A stretch of 64,000 bases of DNA from Narcine bancroftii (taxonomy: Eukaryota). Location of the stretch: contig NC_091478.1 of the NCBI RefSeq assembly GCF_036971445.1, forward strand, positions 79,360,001 through 79,424,000, in the 5' to 3' direction. Of this stretch, positions 1 to 13,622 are shown piece after piece. The position numbers and the translations under genes were made by a program. Under the pieces are notes generated by a model. It made no database searches, was not told where the DNA came from, and was given only the letters and a program-made list of their open reading frames with translations. Position 1 is the stretch's first letter; every line of letters starts with the position of its first letter.

Positions 1-284
1 AGGCATCAGTCTTTTTTGTACCAATGGCATATTTGCTTATCCATATCCCTGAATTCCCATCAATCTATGAACCATATGCCACACTGTAATCAAATGTTTC
101 AATATTGGTGTATCTACTTCCCCACTCAATCACACCTCGTTCCATTCAAATAATCTCTTCAGACTGTTGTTCACCTATTTTATTCATTTCAGCATTGACC
201 TATGCTACTTTATCCCCTTTCTCAAAAAAAGAGAAATTGTAATTGTGCAACTTTACAATAATATTCAAAGTTGGGAAGTTGTAC

Positions 285-670
285 ACCACCCGATTCAAAC
301 CTCCAAGCCAATTCTTATGCTGTGCAAAGAATTTAACATTTATGAATTTTCACTAAAGGTAAATGGTTACAATTCAGGAACATTCTTGTAGGTTTTAGAG
401 AGATTTTTGCTGCTCATTGGACACACACAAACTGATTTCCTCCAATTAGTCACTTCAGTGTCTTGCTAAAGAAACGTGCCCCATCATGGGTTTTTCCAAA
501 TGATAACCTCTTCTTCCAAGTCACCGCAGAGTTCCTCTTGTTTCTCTTATTTCAGGTGAAACATTCTAGCCAGCCATTTCCTCTTGAAAGGACTATAAGG
601 GTTTTGAACAGGCTGAACTCATAGCTCACAGCCCATCTACAAAATGGGGTTTTTCAACAAGCCTGGCAGA
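285..670 (-). mobile_element. Partial LTR of the same family as 15888-16862 and 56007-56857
   Basis: Shared blocks gaatttaacatttatgaattttcac, gccccatca..gggttttcca..gataacctc and aaaatggggtttt. Confidence 0.7.
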
Positions 671-1255
671 CATTACAGCTACTTAAATTTTTTAATGAAG
701 TATGGTCAGTTATGTTGGATTAGCCAATTTTTGCACAAGCAGCAACATAATAATAATCACCTGACCATCCGTCATTTCAATAATGTACGTGGGGACTAAA
801 CATTATACTGGTGAGCTTTGCTGTGCCTAACTGAGAAGGCGCCATGGCATCTTTTGCCTTTGAGTGGACCTCCATTTAATGTCTCACCCAATAGCTGGCT
901 GCTTCAAGAATCTTCTTCACTAGGTAAGGAAAAGCCAAAAGGTTGCCACTACTGGGGGAATAAAAGGAAATGGGCCTCAAGGCACAGCTTTTGAATGACA
1001 CAGTGGAGTTAAACTTTTAGTAAGGATAATAATTCGAACATTTCCCTTGATCCTAAAGTTTGTAGAGTGCAAACATAATGTCCAGGTCCCTCTTAATTTC
1101 TTAGCCACAAATTCAATCTTTTGCAAAACACTAACACTGGCAACATTCCAATTTCAAGGCATGGATTCCAACATCAAATGATATTAACTTCAATTCTGTA
1201 TTTGCTTTCTAATCAACAGCAAACAATTTGAAGATAGTTCAGTACAATTACTTAC

Positions 1256-1303
1256 AGCCTCAATTTTGTCAGGGTTGGTTAACAGTGCTACTCCCATGCC
1301 ACC
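1256..1303 (-). CDS. DUS2: DUS2 coding exon 6 (GGMGVALLTNPDKIEA); gene continues left of the window
   Basis: 48-nt exon flanked by tttgtacag and gtaagt on the minus strand; phase 0 continues from the previous exon; matches vertebrate DUS2 GGMGAALL..PDKIE. Confidence 0.93.
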
Positions 1304-2527
1304 CTGTACAAATATAAAGTAAAACAAGAAGATTAGTTGGAGAACTGCATAATGTCAGGCAAAGCATGGTCTTATTCTCACTACCAACTGCACAGTAAAG
1401 TCTAGGTACACCAGAAAAGCCTTCTGAAGAAGTGTTTTCTGCTCAAAATGTACAAAATGGAGCTAAACCAAAAAGTCTGCGCACACTGCAATTGTAGTTT
1501 AACACACAAAGGTCTTGGAGAAACTCAGCAGATATGCAGCATACATAGGAAGCAAAGTTATATAAACAACATGCCAGGCCAGAGCCCTTCGTCAAAGTAT
1601 GATGTTTTTGGTGAGTCGGATTATGAGGACTGAAGCACCAATTCACTCTCTCCTGCACTAATGTCGCATTAGGCCCCAGTAACAATGGAAGACCAGCCAT
1701 TTAGTTCTAACTGTGAATAGAGTGTAGCTTGAGGGCAATACACAAAAGTTCAGGAGAAACTCAAGTAAGATTCCTGTTTAACTTGAGGGCAAACCTGCAG
1801 GTGTTGTGCTCCCATTCACCTTGACCTCATGGGTAAAAGTCATAGGTCTAGAAGGACTTGTTAGAATAGATAGAACAAGTAACTGTGGTACCTTATTTAG
1901 ATGGTGGACATTTAATCCAAATCCCACTGTTTTATGGAGTTGATATGGTGAATCAATGAGCTGCTTTGCCTTGAAAGCTCTCCAACTTCTTTAGAGTTGT
2001 TAGCTCTGCTGCATACCATGCCCTTGGTTTGCTCTTGTATGGCTGGTCCATATGGGTTTCTGGTCAGTAGGACTTCCTTGAATACTAGAGTGGGAGACTT
2101 GGCAAGGGAAATGCTATTGAATGTCAAGGTTAAGTGGTTAAATTTTCTTTTGTATTCCCCAAATATTTTATGCTGTGAATGTTACTAGCCACTTATCCAT
2201 CCACAGCTGAATGACAAGGAGCTCCTGCTGCCTACAGGCTGCTGAATGTGCTTCGAGTTGCCAATGGAAGTGAACACAGTGCAATCAACAGCAGGCATCC
2301 CTTCTTCGGGCCTTGTAATGGAAAGGTCATTGATGAAGCAGAAGATTGGGCCTTCCCAGTGATGACCTGGGGCCGGACTCCTTTACCTCTAATCACCACA
2401 ATTAACTTCCTTTGTGTGACATCGGCACAAATGGTCCTGAAGAAACTCAAGCCATATGTTGATGAGTTTGTCTCATTTGATAACACTATTGACAATGGCT
2501 TTCATTACTTTGCTGATAACTGATAAC

Positions 2528-3122
2528 GGTCCTCTACCGGCACCACCTACGGCTCCTAGAACGCTTCCACCAGCGTTGTCTCCGCTCCATCCTCAACATC
2601 CATTGGAGCGCTTTCATCCCTAACGTCGAAGTACTCGAGATGGCAGAGGTCGACAGCATCGAGTCCACGCTGCTGAAGATCCAGCTGCGCTGGGTGGGTC
2701 ACGTCTCCAGAATGGAGGACCATCGCCTTCCCAAGATCGTGTTATATGGCGAGCTCTCCACTGGCCACCGAGGTGCACCAAAGAAGGGGTACAAGGACTG
2801 CCTAAAGAAATCTCTTGGTGCCTGCCCCATTGACCACCGCCAGTGGGCTGATATCGCCTCAAACCGTGCATCTTGGCGCCTCACAGTTTGGCGGGCAGCA
2901 ACCTCCTTTGAAGAAGACCGCAGAGCCCACCTCACTGACAAAAGGCAAAGGAGGAAAAACCCAACACCCAACCCCAACCCCAACCCACCAATTTTCCCCT
3001 GCAACCGCTGCAACCGTGTCTGCCTGTCCCGCATCGGACTTGTCAGCCACAAACGAGCCTGCAGCTGACGTGGACATTTACCCCCTCCATAAATCTTCGT
3101 CCGCGAAGCCAAGCCAAGCCAA
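2528..3122 (+). mobile_element. RTE-clade LINE, 5'-truncated 3' fragment, inserted in an older decayed LINE (about 1700-3650)
   Basis: QLRWVGHVSRMEDHRLPKIVLYGEL...CNRCNRVCLSRIGLVSH C-terminus, (gccaa)n tail, gataactga on both flanks. Confidence 0.9.
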
Positions 3123-3724
3123 ACAGATAACTGACAGTGGACTGATTTGGCAGGAATGAGACTGGCTTGGCTTGTCCAGATGTTTAAGAAGTAATTTTCC
3201 ACATTGCTGGAGAGATCCAAGAGTTAGAACGACACTGGAACAGCATGTCTAGAGGTAGTTTGCTTTGGAGTGCAGGTTCTCTAGTCCCGTGACCATCCAG
3301 TGCTTTCAGTCATTTCTTGATATTGGGTGGAGTGAATTGGATTGGCTGTAGGTAGCACCTGTTGTAATCTTGGCAGAAACCAAGATGGACTTTGCTTAAA
3401 TAAATACCCAAAATTACTGGAGAAACTCAGTAAGTTGTGCAGCATCGGTAGGAGGCAAAGATATATAACCGATGTTTTGCACCTGAGGCCTTCATTTGCT
3501 GAATATGGCTGTAAATATTTGCCCCTTTCAGTGCCATTCTAATGCTTGGCCCCCCCTATTGTTGAGGATAGGGATATTTTTGGAGCCTCCTCCTCATTAG
3601 CTGCATAGTTGTCCACCACCATTCATGACCGGATGAGGTAGATCTGCAGTTTTAGTTGGGATATTACTCAACTTCATCCATTGCAATAGTGTTTAGAGTG
3701 CATGTAATTGCACACAAGGCTAAA

Positions 3725-3922
3725 TGCTCTGAGCTCAGTGGTTAGAGCACTGGCTTTATAAACCAGGGGTCGTGAGTTTGTTCCTTGCTTGGGCCTCATT
3801 TCTGTGCAAGGCGCTTTACAAAAGTGGTGGCTCTCTGTCTTCCTTACGGTAGACAAAGTTATTCATGTTTGCTACATTCTAAATGTAGTATTACATGACA
3901 ATAATGGAACATTTACCTTTAA
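3725..3922 (+). mobile_element. tRNA-derived SINE with a LINE-like 3' tail
   Basis: A-box-like gagctcagtggttagagcac, degenerate B box gtgagtttgttcc, tail acatgacaataatggaacatttaccttt. Confidence 0.7.
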
Positions 3923-3924
3923 CA

Positions 3925-4550
3925 AGATAAAAGTCTGTGGTATAACAAGACTGGATAAAGGATTGCCTGATTGGCAGGAAGCAGAGAGTTGGAATACAAG
4001 AATCATTTTCAGATTAGCTACCAGATGCTAGTGGTGTTCCGCAGGGGTCAGTGTTGGCGCCACTTCTCTTTATGTGGTATATTAATCATTTAGATTATGG
4101 AAAAAATGGCTTTGTGGTCAAGTTTGTAGATGATACAAAGGTAAGTGGAAGGGCAGGTAGTGTTGAGGAAACAGGGAAGCTGCAGGACAGACAGTTTAGG
4201 AGAATGGGCAGAAGTGGAAAATGTGATATAATGTCAGTAAGTGTATGGTCATGCACAGGTATATAAAAAAATAAAAGGGCAGGCTTTTTTTAAAAAAAAA
4301 GGGTTAAAATTGAAAATACCCAGATGCAAAGGTACATGGGAGCCCTCCTGCAATATGCTCTAAAGTAAACTTGTAGGTTGAGTCAATGAATAGAAGGCAA
4401 ATGCAATGCTGACATTAATTTCAAGATGAATGGAATATAAGAGTAGGGATGTGATGTTGAGGCTTTATAAGGCACTGGTGAGACCTCATGGAGTATTGTG
4501 AGCAGTTTTGGGCTCCTCATTTAATAAAGGATGTGGTGACATTGGAGAAA
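3925..4550 (+). mobile_element. CR1 LINE reverse transcriptase fragment
   Basis: GVPQGSVLAPLLF..YIN.LD...KFVDDTKV and LYKALVRPH.EYC motifs, frameshifted. Confidence 0.85.
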
Positions 4551-5353
4551 CTGACATTTCATCAATTTTAGGTAAGCCAAGCCCTTCACTGATTAGTAAT
4601 GGTTGAGTGATGAATACGACAAGGTGTGCCATTATAGAATGAGGTAGTGTAAATTTTTGCTCCTTATAATGATCCACAGCACCTTAAGGGTCCAGTTTGT
4701 GTTTGCCACATTGGTAAAAGAAACTAACCAGTACATCGTCCATGTAGCAATGTAATTCTAATAATGCTAAATGGGATAATTTCAGAACCAATGTTTTTAT
4801 GGCCAGGTGCATCTACTATGAGTAGATTGTTGGGCAAGGAGGCTTCATCCCTCACATTACTGGGTGTCACAGACCTAATTAGTCATGTTCTTCGGAACTA
4901 GGCCTGCCAAGTCTGATGTGGGGCTAACAATCCACTTTTGGTAAAGTTGTGTGCCGAAGACTTACTGATATGGTTAAGGAAGAGAAAAAACATGTGAAGG
5001 TTTTGATCTGTGCATAAACACACACCTTTTTCCATTTGTCATGAGTAGACAGTGGAAAAGGCATTCTGTTGCATTAGAAAATCCTGATTCCACGAGTGAG
5101 CTGCACCCTAATCTATGTGAACCAAGGAAACACCCACAAAGATTCCACGCAATCCAAGTAATTAATTGTGAAGTAGGCGAAGTTTGTAACCATCTCAATG
5201 CTGCCACAGAACCATGAACAAACACAAAACTTTCTCAACATAGAATGGAGATGGAGTTTCAGCGTAACGGATAAAAACACATAACTGTATATTTCACAAT
5301 ATACAATATATCATTGAAAAATATCAGTGATAATGGGTGAAAACAAAAGGCTA

Positions 5354-5482
<129 letters not shown>

Positions 5483-5779
5483 TTAGTTTCATCAATTTTA
5501 CATTCTTAACAATTATATTTTGTACACTTGCAACTGCCAACAATGTTTCACATGATGTGCAATGATCAGCATGCAACACAAGTGAGAGATTGAAATGCAT
5601 GCTAAATGCAGGAATCTTATTACAAGGCCAGCAGTTCACCAAAGATTTGCTAAGTATGAGGAAGAGGACATACTCTTTTAGAATGAGAATGGTTTTGTCA
5701 TGATTGAAATATTGATTAAAAAAAAATCTTCGATAAAGCTTCAGTTAGAAAAGTTGAGAGCTTGTAAAACACTTAACCT

Positions 5780-6755
5780 ACACTTCCACTCATTCCTCAG
5801 ATGTGTTTTGAGATACACACACCCTAACTCTTTCTCCACTACTTCGACAATTGGTGATGCCTCCCTTGGACCTTGATCATTTTATCACCTTAACTACAAA
5901 GTTTCCACCTTGTCCTAAAATTCATGGAGCATTTATTTCACCTTTCCCCCTTTTATGCCCCATCCACCTGTCTCTCAGGATACAAACTATCTATTGACAT
6001 TTACCATAAACCCAGCTACCTAGACTACATCTCCTACCACCAGTTTCTGATAAGGCGGCTATCCATTTCTCTCATGTTTCTCCATCTCTGCTGCAGCTGT
6101 ACTACAGATGAGCCTTTCCATTCCAGGGCATCTGAAATGTCCCCCTTCTTTGGGAAACATGGCTTCCACTCTCCTCACTTGCATTTCCTGGACATTTTCT
6201 CTCTCTCACCAGGCAGGACAGAGATAAAGTTCTCTTTGTTCTCACCTTTCATCCCACCAGGCTCTAAACCCATCACATCATCCTTACACATTGCTGCCAC
6301 CTGTAATGGGATCTCACTAACAATCACATCTTCGTCACCCTACTCCTTTCTTGAGAATCACTCTGTGATTCCCTGGATTGCTCGCCCCTACCCACCTATC
6401 CCTTCCTGTTTCCTAGCAATTTCCCCTGCAACCTAAGGAGATGCAATACTGTACTACCATCCAACGACCTAAACAGCTCTTCCGTGTCAAGACAAAGATT
6501 CACACACACCTCATCCAATATTGTCCATTGCATTTGGTGTTCTCGATGTAGCCTCTACAATGTCAAAACCAAATGTACACTAGGTGACCATTTTGCTGAA
6601 CTGGGTTCACAATGGCCATCCTGACCTCCTGGTTGCATGCCATTTCAACTCTCCTCATCCTTTCAACACTGGCCTGCTTGTCCTCGGACTTCACCACTGC
6701 CCAGGATGAGACCAAATGTGAACTGGAAGAATAACACCTCATATTCTGTCCAGGT
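5780..6755 (+). mobile_element. Penelope-like element relic (RT C-terminus and GIY-YIG region); related tail fragments at about 7780-8050 and 8480-8730
   Basis: LSIDIYHKP..SYLDY.S motif; degenerate C..C...LGDHFAE...VACHFNS GIY-YIG segment; ctgacctgctgagttcctccagc tail. Confidence 0.65.
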
Positions 6756-7510
6756 AGAACCATAGAACACTATAGCATACAAAACAGGCCATTTTGCCCT
6801 TCTAGCCTGTGCTGACCATATTTCACTGGTCCCACTGACCTGCACCCATTGCATAACCCTCCAGACCTCTCCCATCATGTATCTATCCAATTTATTCTTA
6901 AAACTTAAGATCAAGCTTGCAATCACACCAAATGGCAGCTCATTCCGCACTTCCACCACACTCTGAGCGAAGAACTTTCCCCTAATGTTCCCCCTTTATT
7001 TTTCCCCTTTCAGCTTAAAACTATGACCTCTAGTATTTATCTCCTCAAATCTAAGTGGAAAAAGCTTACTCGCATCCACCCTGTCTATACTTCACATAAT
7101 CTTGTAAATTTCTATCAAATCTCCCCTCATTCTTCTTCGCTCAAAGGAATAAAGTCCTAACCCATTTAATCTTTCCCTGTAACACAACGCCTGAAGATCT
7201 GGCAACATCCTAGTAAATCTTCTCTGCACTCTTTCAATCTTATTGACATCCTTCATGCTGTTAGGTCACCAGAACTGCACACAATATTCCAAATTTGGCC
7301 TCACCAATGTCTTAAACAACTTCAGCATAACACCCCAACTCCTATCCTCAATACTTTGATTTATAAAGGCTAAGATGCCAAAAGCTTTCTTTACTACCCT
7401 GTCCACCAGCGACACCACCTTCAGGGAATAATACATCTGTATTCCCAGATATCTCTGCTCTTCCACACTCCTCAGTTCCCTATCATTTACTGTGTACGTC
7501 CTACCTAATG
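6756..7510 (-). mobile_element. CR1 LINE 3' fragment
   Basis: LFKTLVRPNLEYCVQFW in ORF 7266..7547; ttctatggttcta tail. Confidence 0.88.
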
Positions 7511-8109
7511 CTCTGAACAGTGAATGATCCAATTTGACGTAACCCACACACCCTCTGTTCCTTTCTCACTTCTTCTGATCAACCAGGTTTCTTCCCCACT
7601 GCCATCAGATACCTGAATAATCAATGAACCAAAGACATGGCCTTACTTTTCGTGCACTATTTAAAAAAATTTATTGTTGTCAGGTGGTTTATATGAATGT
7701 TTGCTCCGTGATGTTGCGGTAAAACAACGAATTTTGTGACTCATTCTCATGACAAAAAGGGATTCTGATGCTGATTCAGCTTCTCCCAATGCCCCCCACA
7801 TCACCCAGATTTGTTCCTCTCCCCCATCTGATTCCATCTGTTTGTGGCCCATTCATTATACAGCATTTATTATTCCCATCATCTCCCCTCCCCTCCCTTC
7901 ATCCCTCTATCTGGCAACATTTGTTATCCCCCGTTCTCATGAGATTCCAGCATCCGTGTTTCCATTTATCATCTTCCAGCCTTGGTTTCTACCTCCCGCT
8001 ACCCCTCTCCCCAACCTTGATCTCTCTGCCCTTTTTTCCCCTCTCTTTTTTGTGATAGAATTTTTCGTGATAGAAGTCTCGTTTTTCTTGATTGAATAGT
8101 TATATTATT

Positions 8110-8443
8110 ACAGGCTATCCCCAGTTTAAGAATGAAATCCGTTCCTAAATCTGTCTTTACATCGAATTTGTAGTTAAGTCAGAAGGGTTCTTATTTAGCG
8201 TTAGTCACAGTATACAGTACAGGTACAAACACTTACTATATAGTATGTATTTTACCTTCCTATTAAAAAATAAAAAAGATCATGATTAAAAGTTAGCACT
8301 TAATCTCGTTCCATAGATGTCTTGCATACTGGAAGGAGCATTCGTGAGGTAACATTATGTGCATGCATTATGCGCTTATGCGAATTGGGGAACAATTTGT
8401 TCCTAAGTTCAGATTGTCCATTCATAATACGGGGCCTGCTTGC
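8110..8443. mobile_element. Tigger/pogo-like MITE
   Basis: Imperfect terminal inverted repeats caggctatcccc and ggggcctgcttg with a TA flank. Confidence 0.45.
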
Positions 8444-9078
8444 ATTGCAAAATACATTTATTGCAAGTTTGTCCATACTTCTTATCTCTCTCTACCTATC
8501 ATCCACCAGTGGCTGCCTCCCAACTCCACACCTTCCCCACCCGGATCCATCTGCCCATCAACTCACTCCTCCCTATTCCCTGCCAATCGCAGTCTTGTCC
8601 CTCCTCACCTCTTTATGTTGGGTTTTCTTCCCTCTACACATTCAGTCCCAATGTAGGATCTTGACTACCCCTTTGCTTCCACAGATGCTGCCTGACCTGC
8701 TGAGTTCCTCCAGCAGTTTGTGCTTTGTTTTGAAGGACACATAAATTTACAATAATGTCACGGATATCAGAAAATGGGGCGTTTCCTTCTCCATTTCAAT
8801 GGCTTTGCCTCTTGTTCCAAATTCAGAGAAATACTTCAAAAATTAAGTGCTTGATCAATATGTTCACTAGGAAGCAGAACCAGACAAAAAGAGTATCTAC
8901 CACTTCATCAATTACTGTATGTCACATGTAACGTGTCTGATTTATTACACTGGAACTTCCGATCCTCAGCTTAATTCTCCTCTGCCAGTGCATCATGCAA
9001 CTGTTTTCTTTAATGCCTCTCAGAGCAAGATCAATTGAGCAGTTACTGGGATTTCCCTTTGCAGTTTAAAATACGTAC

Positions 9079-9122
9079 ACAAGCTGTGCGACTGTCAGTG
9101 CTCTCTGAGCATCAGATGTACC
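9079..9122 (-). CDS. DUS2: DUS2 coding exon 4 (GTSDAQRALTVAQLV)
   Basis: 44-nt exon, ttttgttgcag acceptor, gtacgt donor; phase compatible with both neighbours. Confidence 0.93.
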
Positions 9123-9759
9123 CTGCAACAAAAAAGAAATTGAAAAAATAATTGCCAGCTGAATGCAGATAAAACAAAGAAAGCTCAGTGAGAATTAAAG
9201 AACTTTTATACAAATATAAATTATTTTATTTTGCAAAAATCTTTGCATCAGTGAAATGCAGTCAAAGACTGCGATGCCTTCATATTCTTAGCAGTATTAT
9301 TTCTGTAAATTTATAATAATTTTTTGGAATTCATAATGGAATGAGTCCTATGTAACAACTTAAAGGCAATCTGTTTGCAAGCATTAGGAAATTCCAAGAA
9401 TTCCTCTTACCATAAAACAAAAAAATCCATGGCATGACTATAAGGACCAATGTTCCTCTCTCTACTAATATCTAAAGAAGTTATCAGTGGATTGATAGTT
9501 TCACAAGTTCTGGCCAACCTAGATCACAGCTCGGACCTCACCTCTCCATGCTAGGGCTATCCTGGTCAGCAGGCACACCCTTAGGGATCTGAATAAGGGA
9601 GGTCCATAAAAATTGGGAGTGCAGGCAATGGGCTCCTCTCAGCTAAATCCCTGCCAATAATGGAAAAGGTTCATTTTCTGGAGTAGGTGCTTGATAAATA
9701 GGGAACTAAACCATGAGTAACTCCAGCAAAGCACTTGGATCCATCCAACTCAATAGCTA

Positions 9760-10002
<243 letters not shown>

Positions 10003-11086
10003 TTAATTTTAATGAGTGTTTTAACTACACATGATATTGAACTAAATATCCTTGCTGCAATCTAGACTTGCAAATATAGGCATTTCCCAGGTTAGGCATG
10101 GCTCCAATCCTAAGAACTATCCGACTGACAATTTCTCCGCAAGTCAGAAATTTCAATTTTTTTGTGGTAACCAAAATACTGTTGTTTTACACTTGCTATA
10201 ATTCTTTAATTTATTTGAATAATCACTCTAACACAGCCCATAATTAAACAATTAGAATAAATACTGTCATTCACTGAATATTAATTTCATTGATTAATCA
10301 GCCTAACACTACTCATAACTAAACTGATGGAATATCAGCTTTATTAATTAATATGTCAGGTATCACTCAATTACTTCAAGGAATTGTATTTTTTTCCATG
10401 GAAAGATTAAAAAAAGAAACTTTTGTGTTCTACAATAGTACCTAACTGTGCTGCATTATTAAGATTTCATGTCTTGATCAGACAGATGAATTTTACCAGA
10501 ATTTTGAAAAGCAAACTGCAGTAATCAGCTCAACTTGAAGTGCAACGAGCAGGTTGCAATTGCAAACGAATTCTCAACTCGGGTATTTTACTTGTATTTT
10601 ATTTTGAATGCTGCCTAATCTTTGACATGCTACATCCTCTTTAAATTCTGCTCAATTACTGTCCAGGCCAGATCAGTTTTTAATCCTTTCAGTGGCTCTT
10701 TACCTACTGTGCAATTTTGCTCCAAATAGCTCCTTGTCCTATTCCAGAGCTAAACTATATTTTATGATCAGTTTCCTGAACATTTCCCCCATTAACACAT
10801 CCTCCATTTCACTTGTGAAACCAGATCCAGCAGTGCCCCCTTGTGTATTGAGCTGGAAATATTCTTTTAGTCTTCCTGACTAGACATCAGACATTAGGAC
10901 ATTTTCCTCTCTTTCCCCTTGGAACAATTTTAAATCTATCCAGGATAGATGATGCCTCTCTTTGTTACGACTTAGCCAATTTTTGTAGTGATAAATATAT
11001 TTAAAATATTTCAATATCCATTTCTAAGAGGAATGATTGAGGAAATCAAAAAACATTAAGAGAAAAAAATTAGTTTGCCAACTTAC

Positions 11087-11132
11087 CATTGACAACTCTC
11101 CTACAGTGCATCATTTTCAAATCAATCAATTC
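11087..11132 (-). CDS. DUS2: DUS2 coding exon 2 (ELIDLKMMHCRRVVN)
   Basis: 46-nt exon, ttctaaatag acceptor, G/gtaagt donor; phase 1 end joins the next exon to make GAG (Glu). Confidence 0.94.
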
Positions 11133-12304
11133 CTATTTAGAAGTGGGAAAACCAAGATTCATCAGTAACATACATCTGCAAATGAGCAACGAAGGACATG
11201 AAACACATAATTTAACCTATTTTGCAACACATTTACCAGAATTTATTTAGAGGTCAAGGTACATGTAAAATCATTTTGATCCTTTGCATTGAGTTCTACA
11301 AGATTCCTTCTAATCAAGTGTCGAACTGTATTTTGGTCTTCCTATAGTTTTACAAGCAGACAGTTCCAATTTTTAATTACCCTTCCAAAAAAGTACTTGA
11401 TTCTTAATATTTTCTTGTAAGAAAAAGGCTTATTGTTAACTTTATAGACCCTCATTTAACTTCAAACTATGCTTAAAAGTAAAATCAAAAGGACAAATAT
11501 ACCGAATTAACTGCTGGGTGACTAATTCTCACTCTGTTCTTAATTATTTTTCTTTTGGACAGAGTAGAAAACAATATTTCATACTGTAGATATGAAAGTA
11601 ATAAATACAGTAAAAACACAAGAAAGTTTAAAATATTATTTTAAGTAGATGTTTAAATCCAATGTTTTAGAATCAGAATTGTACATTCAAAATTACTTTT
11701 CTTCCCAAAATTATTAATTCCAAATGATTATTCTGCTTTACAAATTGGGTGATGAGAGAAGCCCCATCTTTCTTGATTGAATGGTTACATTATTATTGCA
11801 AAATAAATTTTTTGCAAGTTAATCTCTTCTTCGCCACAGCTTCAGGGACCCAGATTTGATTTTTCCTCCCATATTTTAAAGATATTGTTTGGATAAATGG
11901 GCACTACAAATAGAATAGGTAGGTGACAAGAGTCAAAGAGGAACTGATGGCATGCAAGAGATTGCGAGTTATGGGTACAACAAAATAAGGAGTGGGAATG
12001 GGACTGATGGGATTGCCCTGCTCAGACTCCAAATAGTCTCCAACAATGTCATAATAAGTTTGTTCACACTTTAACCAAATGCTTGAAGGTATATCAATAT
12101 TCAATTTCCCAGTACAATACCACTTATAGTCATCTTAAAAAAAAAATCTATGTAAATCAGCTGTTAATCACATTAATAGGCTGACTTCTTTCCTGCTCAA
12201 AAAAAATAAAAGAGTAAATCAACATATATTGTTTAGAGTCCTGAGTACTGGGTGCTGCTGTTTTGAACAGGCATTCAGTGCTTCATCAAATTGTCTAACT
12301 GAAT

Positions 12305-12510
12305 TAATGCAACCTAGATTGTATAACTAAAATGGATGAGAGGGGGGAGGGATGGGGGGGTGGCTTGGGAGGAGGGAGGGGGGAGGGAGAAAAAGTCACT
12401 GTAAATGTGTGGAAAAGAAAAAGTGTATATCATGGCTATTGTGATTTATGGTGTGAAAAATAAAAAATTTAAAAAAAAAAAAAAGTAAAAACACAAAAAA
12501 AAATAAAATA
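12305..12510 (+). mobile_element. 3' UTR-only copy of the L1/HAL1 family seen at 62470-64000
   Basis: Near-identical to the reverse complement of 62470-62637 (G-rich tract, AATAAA, A tail). Confidence 0.88.
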
Positions 12511-12589
12511 AACATCATCCATGGAACCTCCATGTCAAGTTTTAAACAATTACAAATTAGTAGATTAAGGAGCTGATTGTTGACCAGAG

Positions 12590-13302
12590 GTGTACGATCC
12601 AATGATCAATGGGGCATCGGAGGTGGAGAGGGTGAGCAAATTTAAGTTCTTGGGAGTCACTATTTCGGAGGATCTTTCCTGAACCCAACACACAAATGGA
12701 GAAAGCACGTCAGCACCTCTACTTAGGAGTTTGTGGAGGTTTGGCATGACAATGGAAACCCTGGCAAATTTCTACAGACATGTGGTGGAGAGTGTACTAA
12801 CTAGCTGCATCGTGCTGGTTTGCGGACACCGATACCCCTGAGAACAAAGCCCTGCAAAAGGTAGAGGTCACAGCCCAGAACTTCAAGGGTAAAACCTCCC
12901 CACCATCAAGAACATCTACAGGAAACATTGCCATTGGAGAGCAGCAACGATCATCAAGGATCTACACCATCCAGCACACACACTGTTCCCGTTGCTACTA
13001 TAAAGAAAGATATACAAGTGCCACAAGACTCGCACCACCAGGTTCAGGAACAGCTGCTAACCCCTCCATCATCAGACTCCTCAACAGCAAACTCAGAGAC
13101 TTATTTAAGGACTCTTACACATTATTGATTTTTTTCCCTTTCTCTGTATTACACAATCAGTGTAATACATTTCTTTATTTGTTTACATGTGTACATTTAG
13201 TGAGATTTTTAACATTGCCAGTAAGAGGTAATTCTGCCTCACCCACAGGAAAATGAATCTCAGGGTTGTTTGTGATGTCATGTATGTACTCTGACAATAA
13301 AT
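12590..13302 (+). mobile_element. Rex1/Babar LINE 3' fragment
   Basis: VERVSKFKFLGVTISEDLS motif; tail gtatgtactctgacaataaa (tail also at about 18030-18175). Confidence 0.8.
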
Positions 13303-13477
13303 CTCCTCGTGTCTGGGTCAGCTTCCTCTGGGTGCTCAGTTTCTTCTCAGCCTTCAAAGTGTACCGAGAGTTGTAGATTAATTGATGAATTTGGGGGGCA
13401 CAGACTTATGGGATGGAAGGGCCTATTTCCATGCTGTACATCGAAATTTTAAACATATAAATCATTGCACCAAAAAA

Positions 13478-13622
13478 CCCAACCCCAACCAACCAATTTT
13501 CCCCTGCAACCGTGTCTGCCTGTCCCGCATCGGACTTGTCAGCCACAAACGAGCCTACAGCTGACATGGACATTTACCCCCTCCATAAATCTTCGTCCGC
13601 GAAGCCAAGCCAAAGAAGGAAG
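13478..13622 (+). mobile_element. Short RTE 3' end flanked by a direct repeat of about 40 bp
   Basis: PNPNQPIFPCNRVCLSRIGLVSH plus tail; flanks 13438-13477 and 13623-13662 are identical. Confidence 0.92.

Noticed and set aside
3725-3800. Possible tRNA gene
   Set aside because: The T-arm/B box is degenerate and the sequence runs into a SINE body and LINE-like tail.
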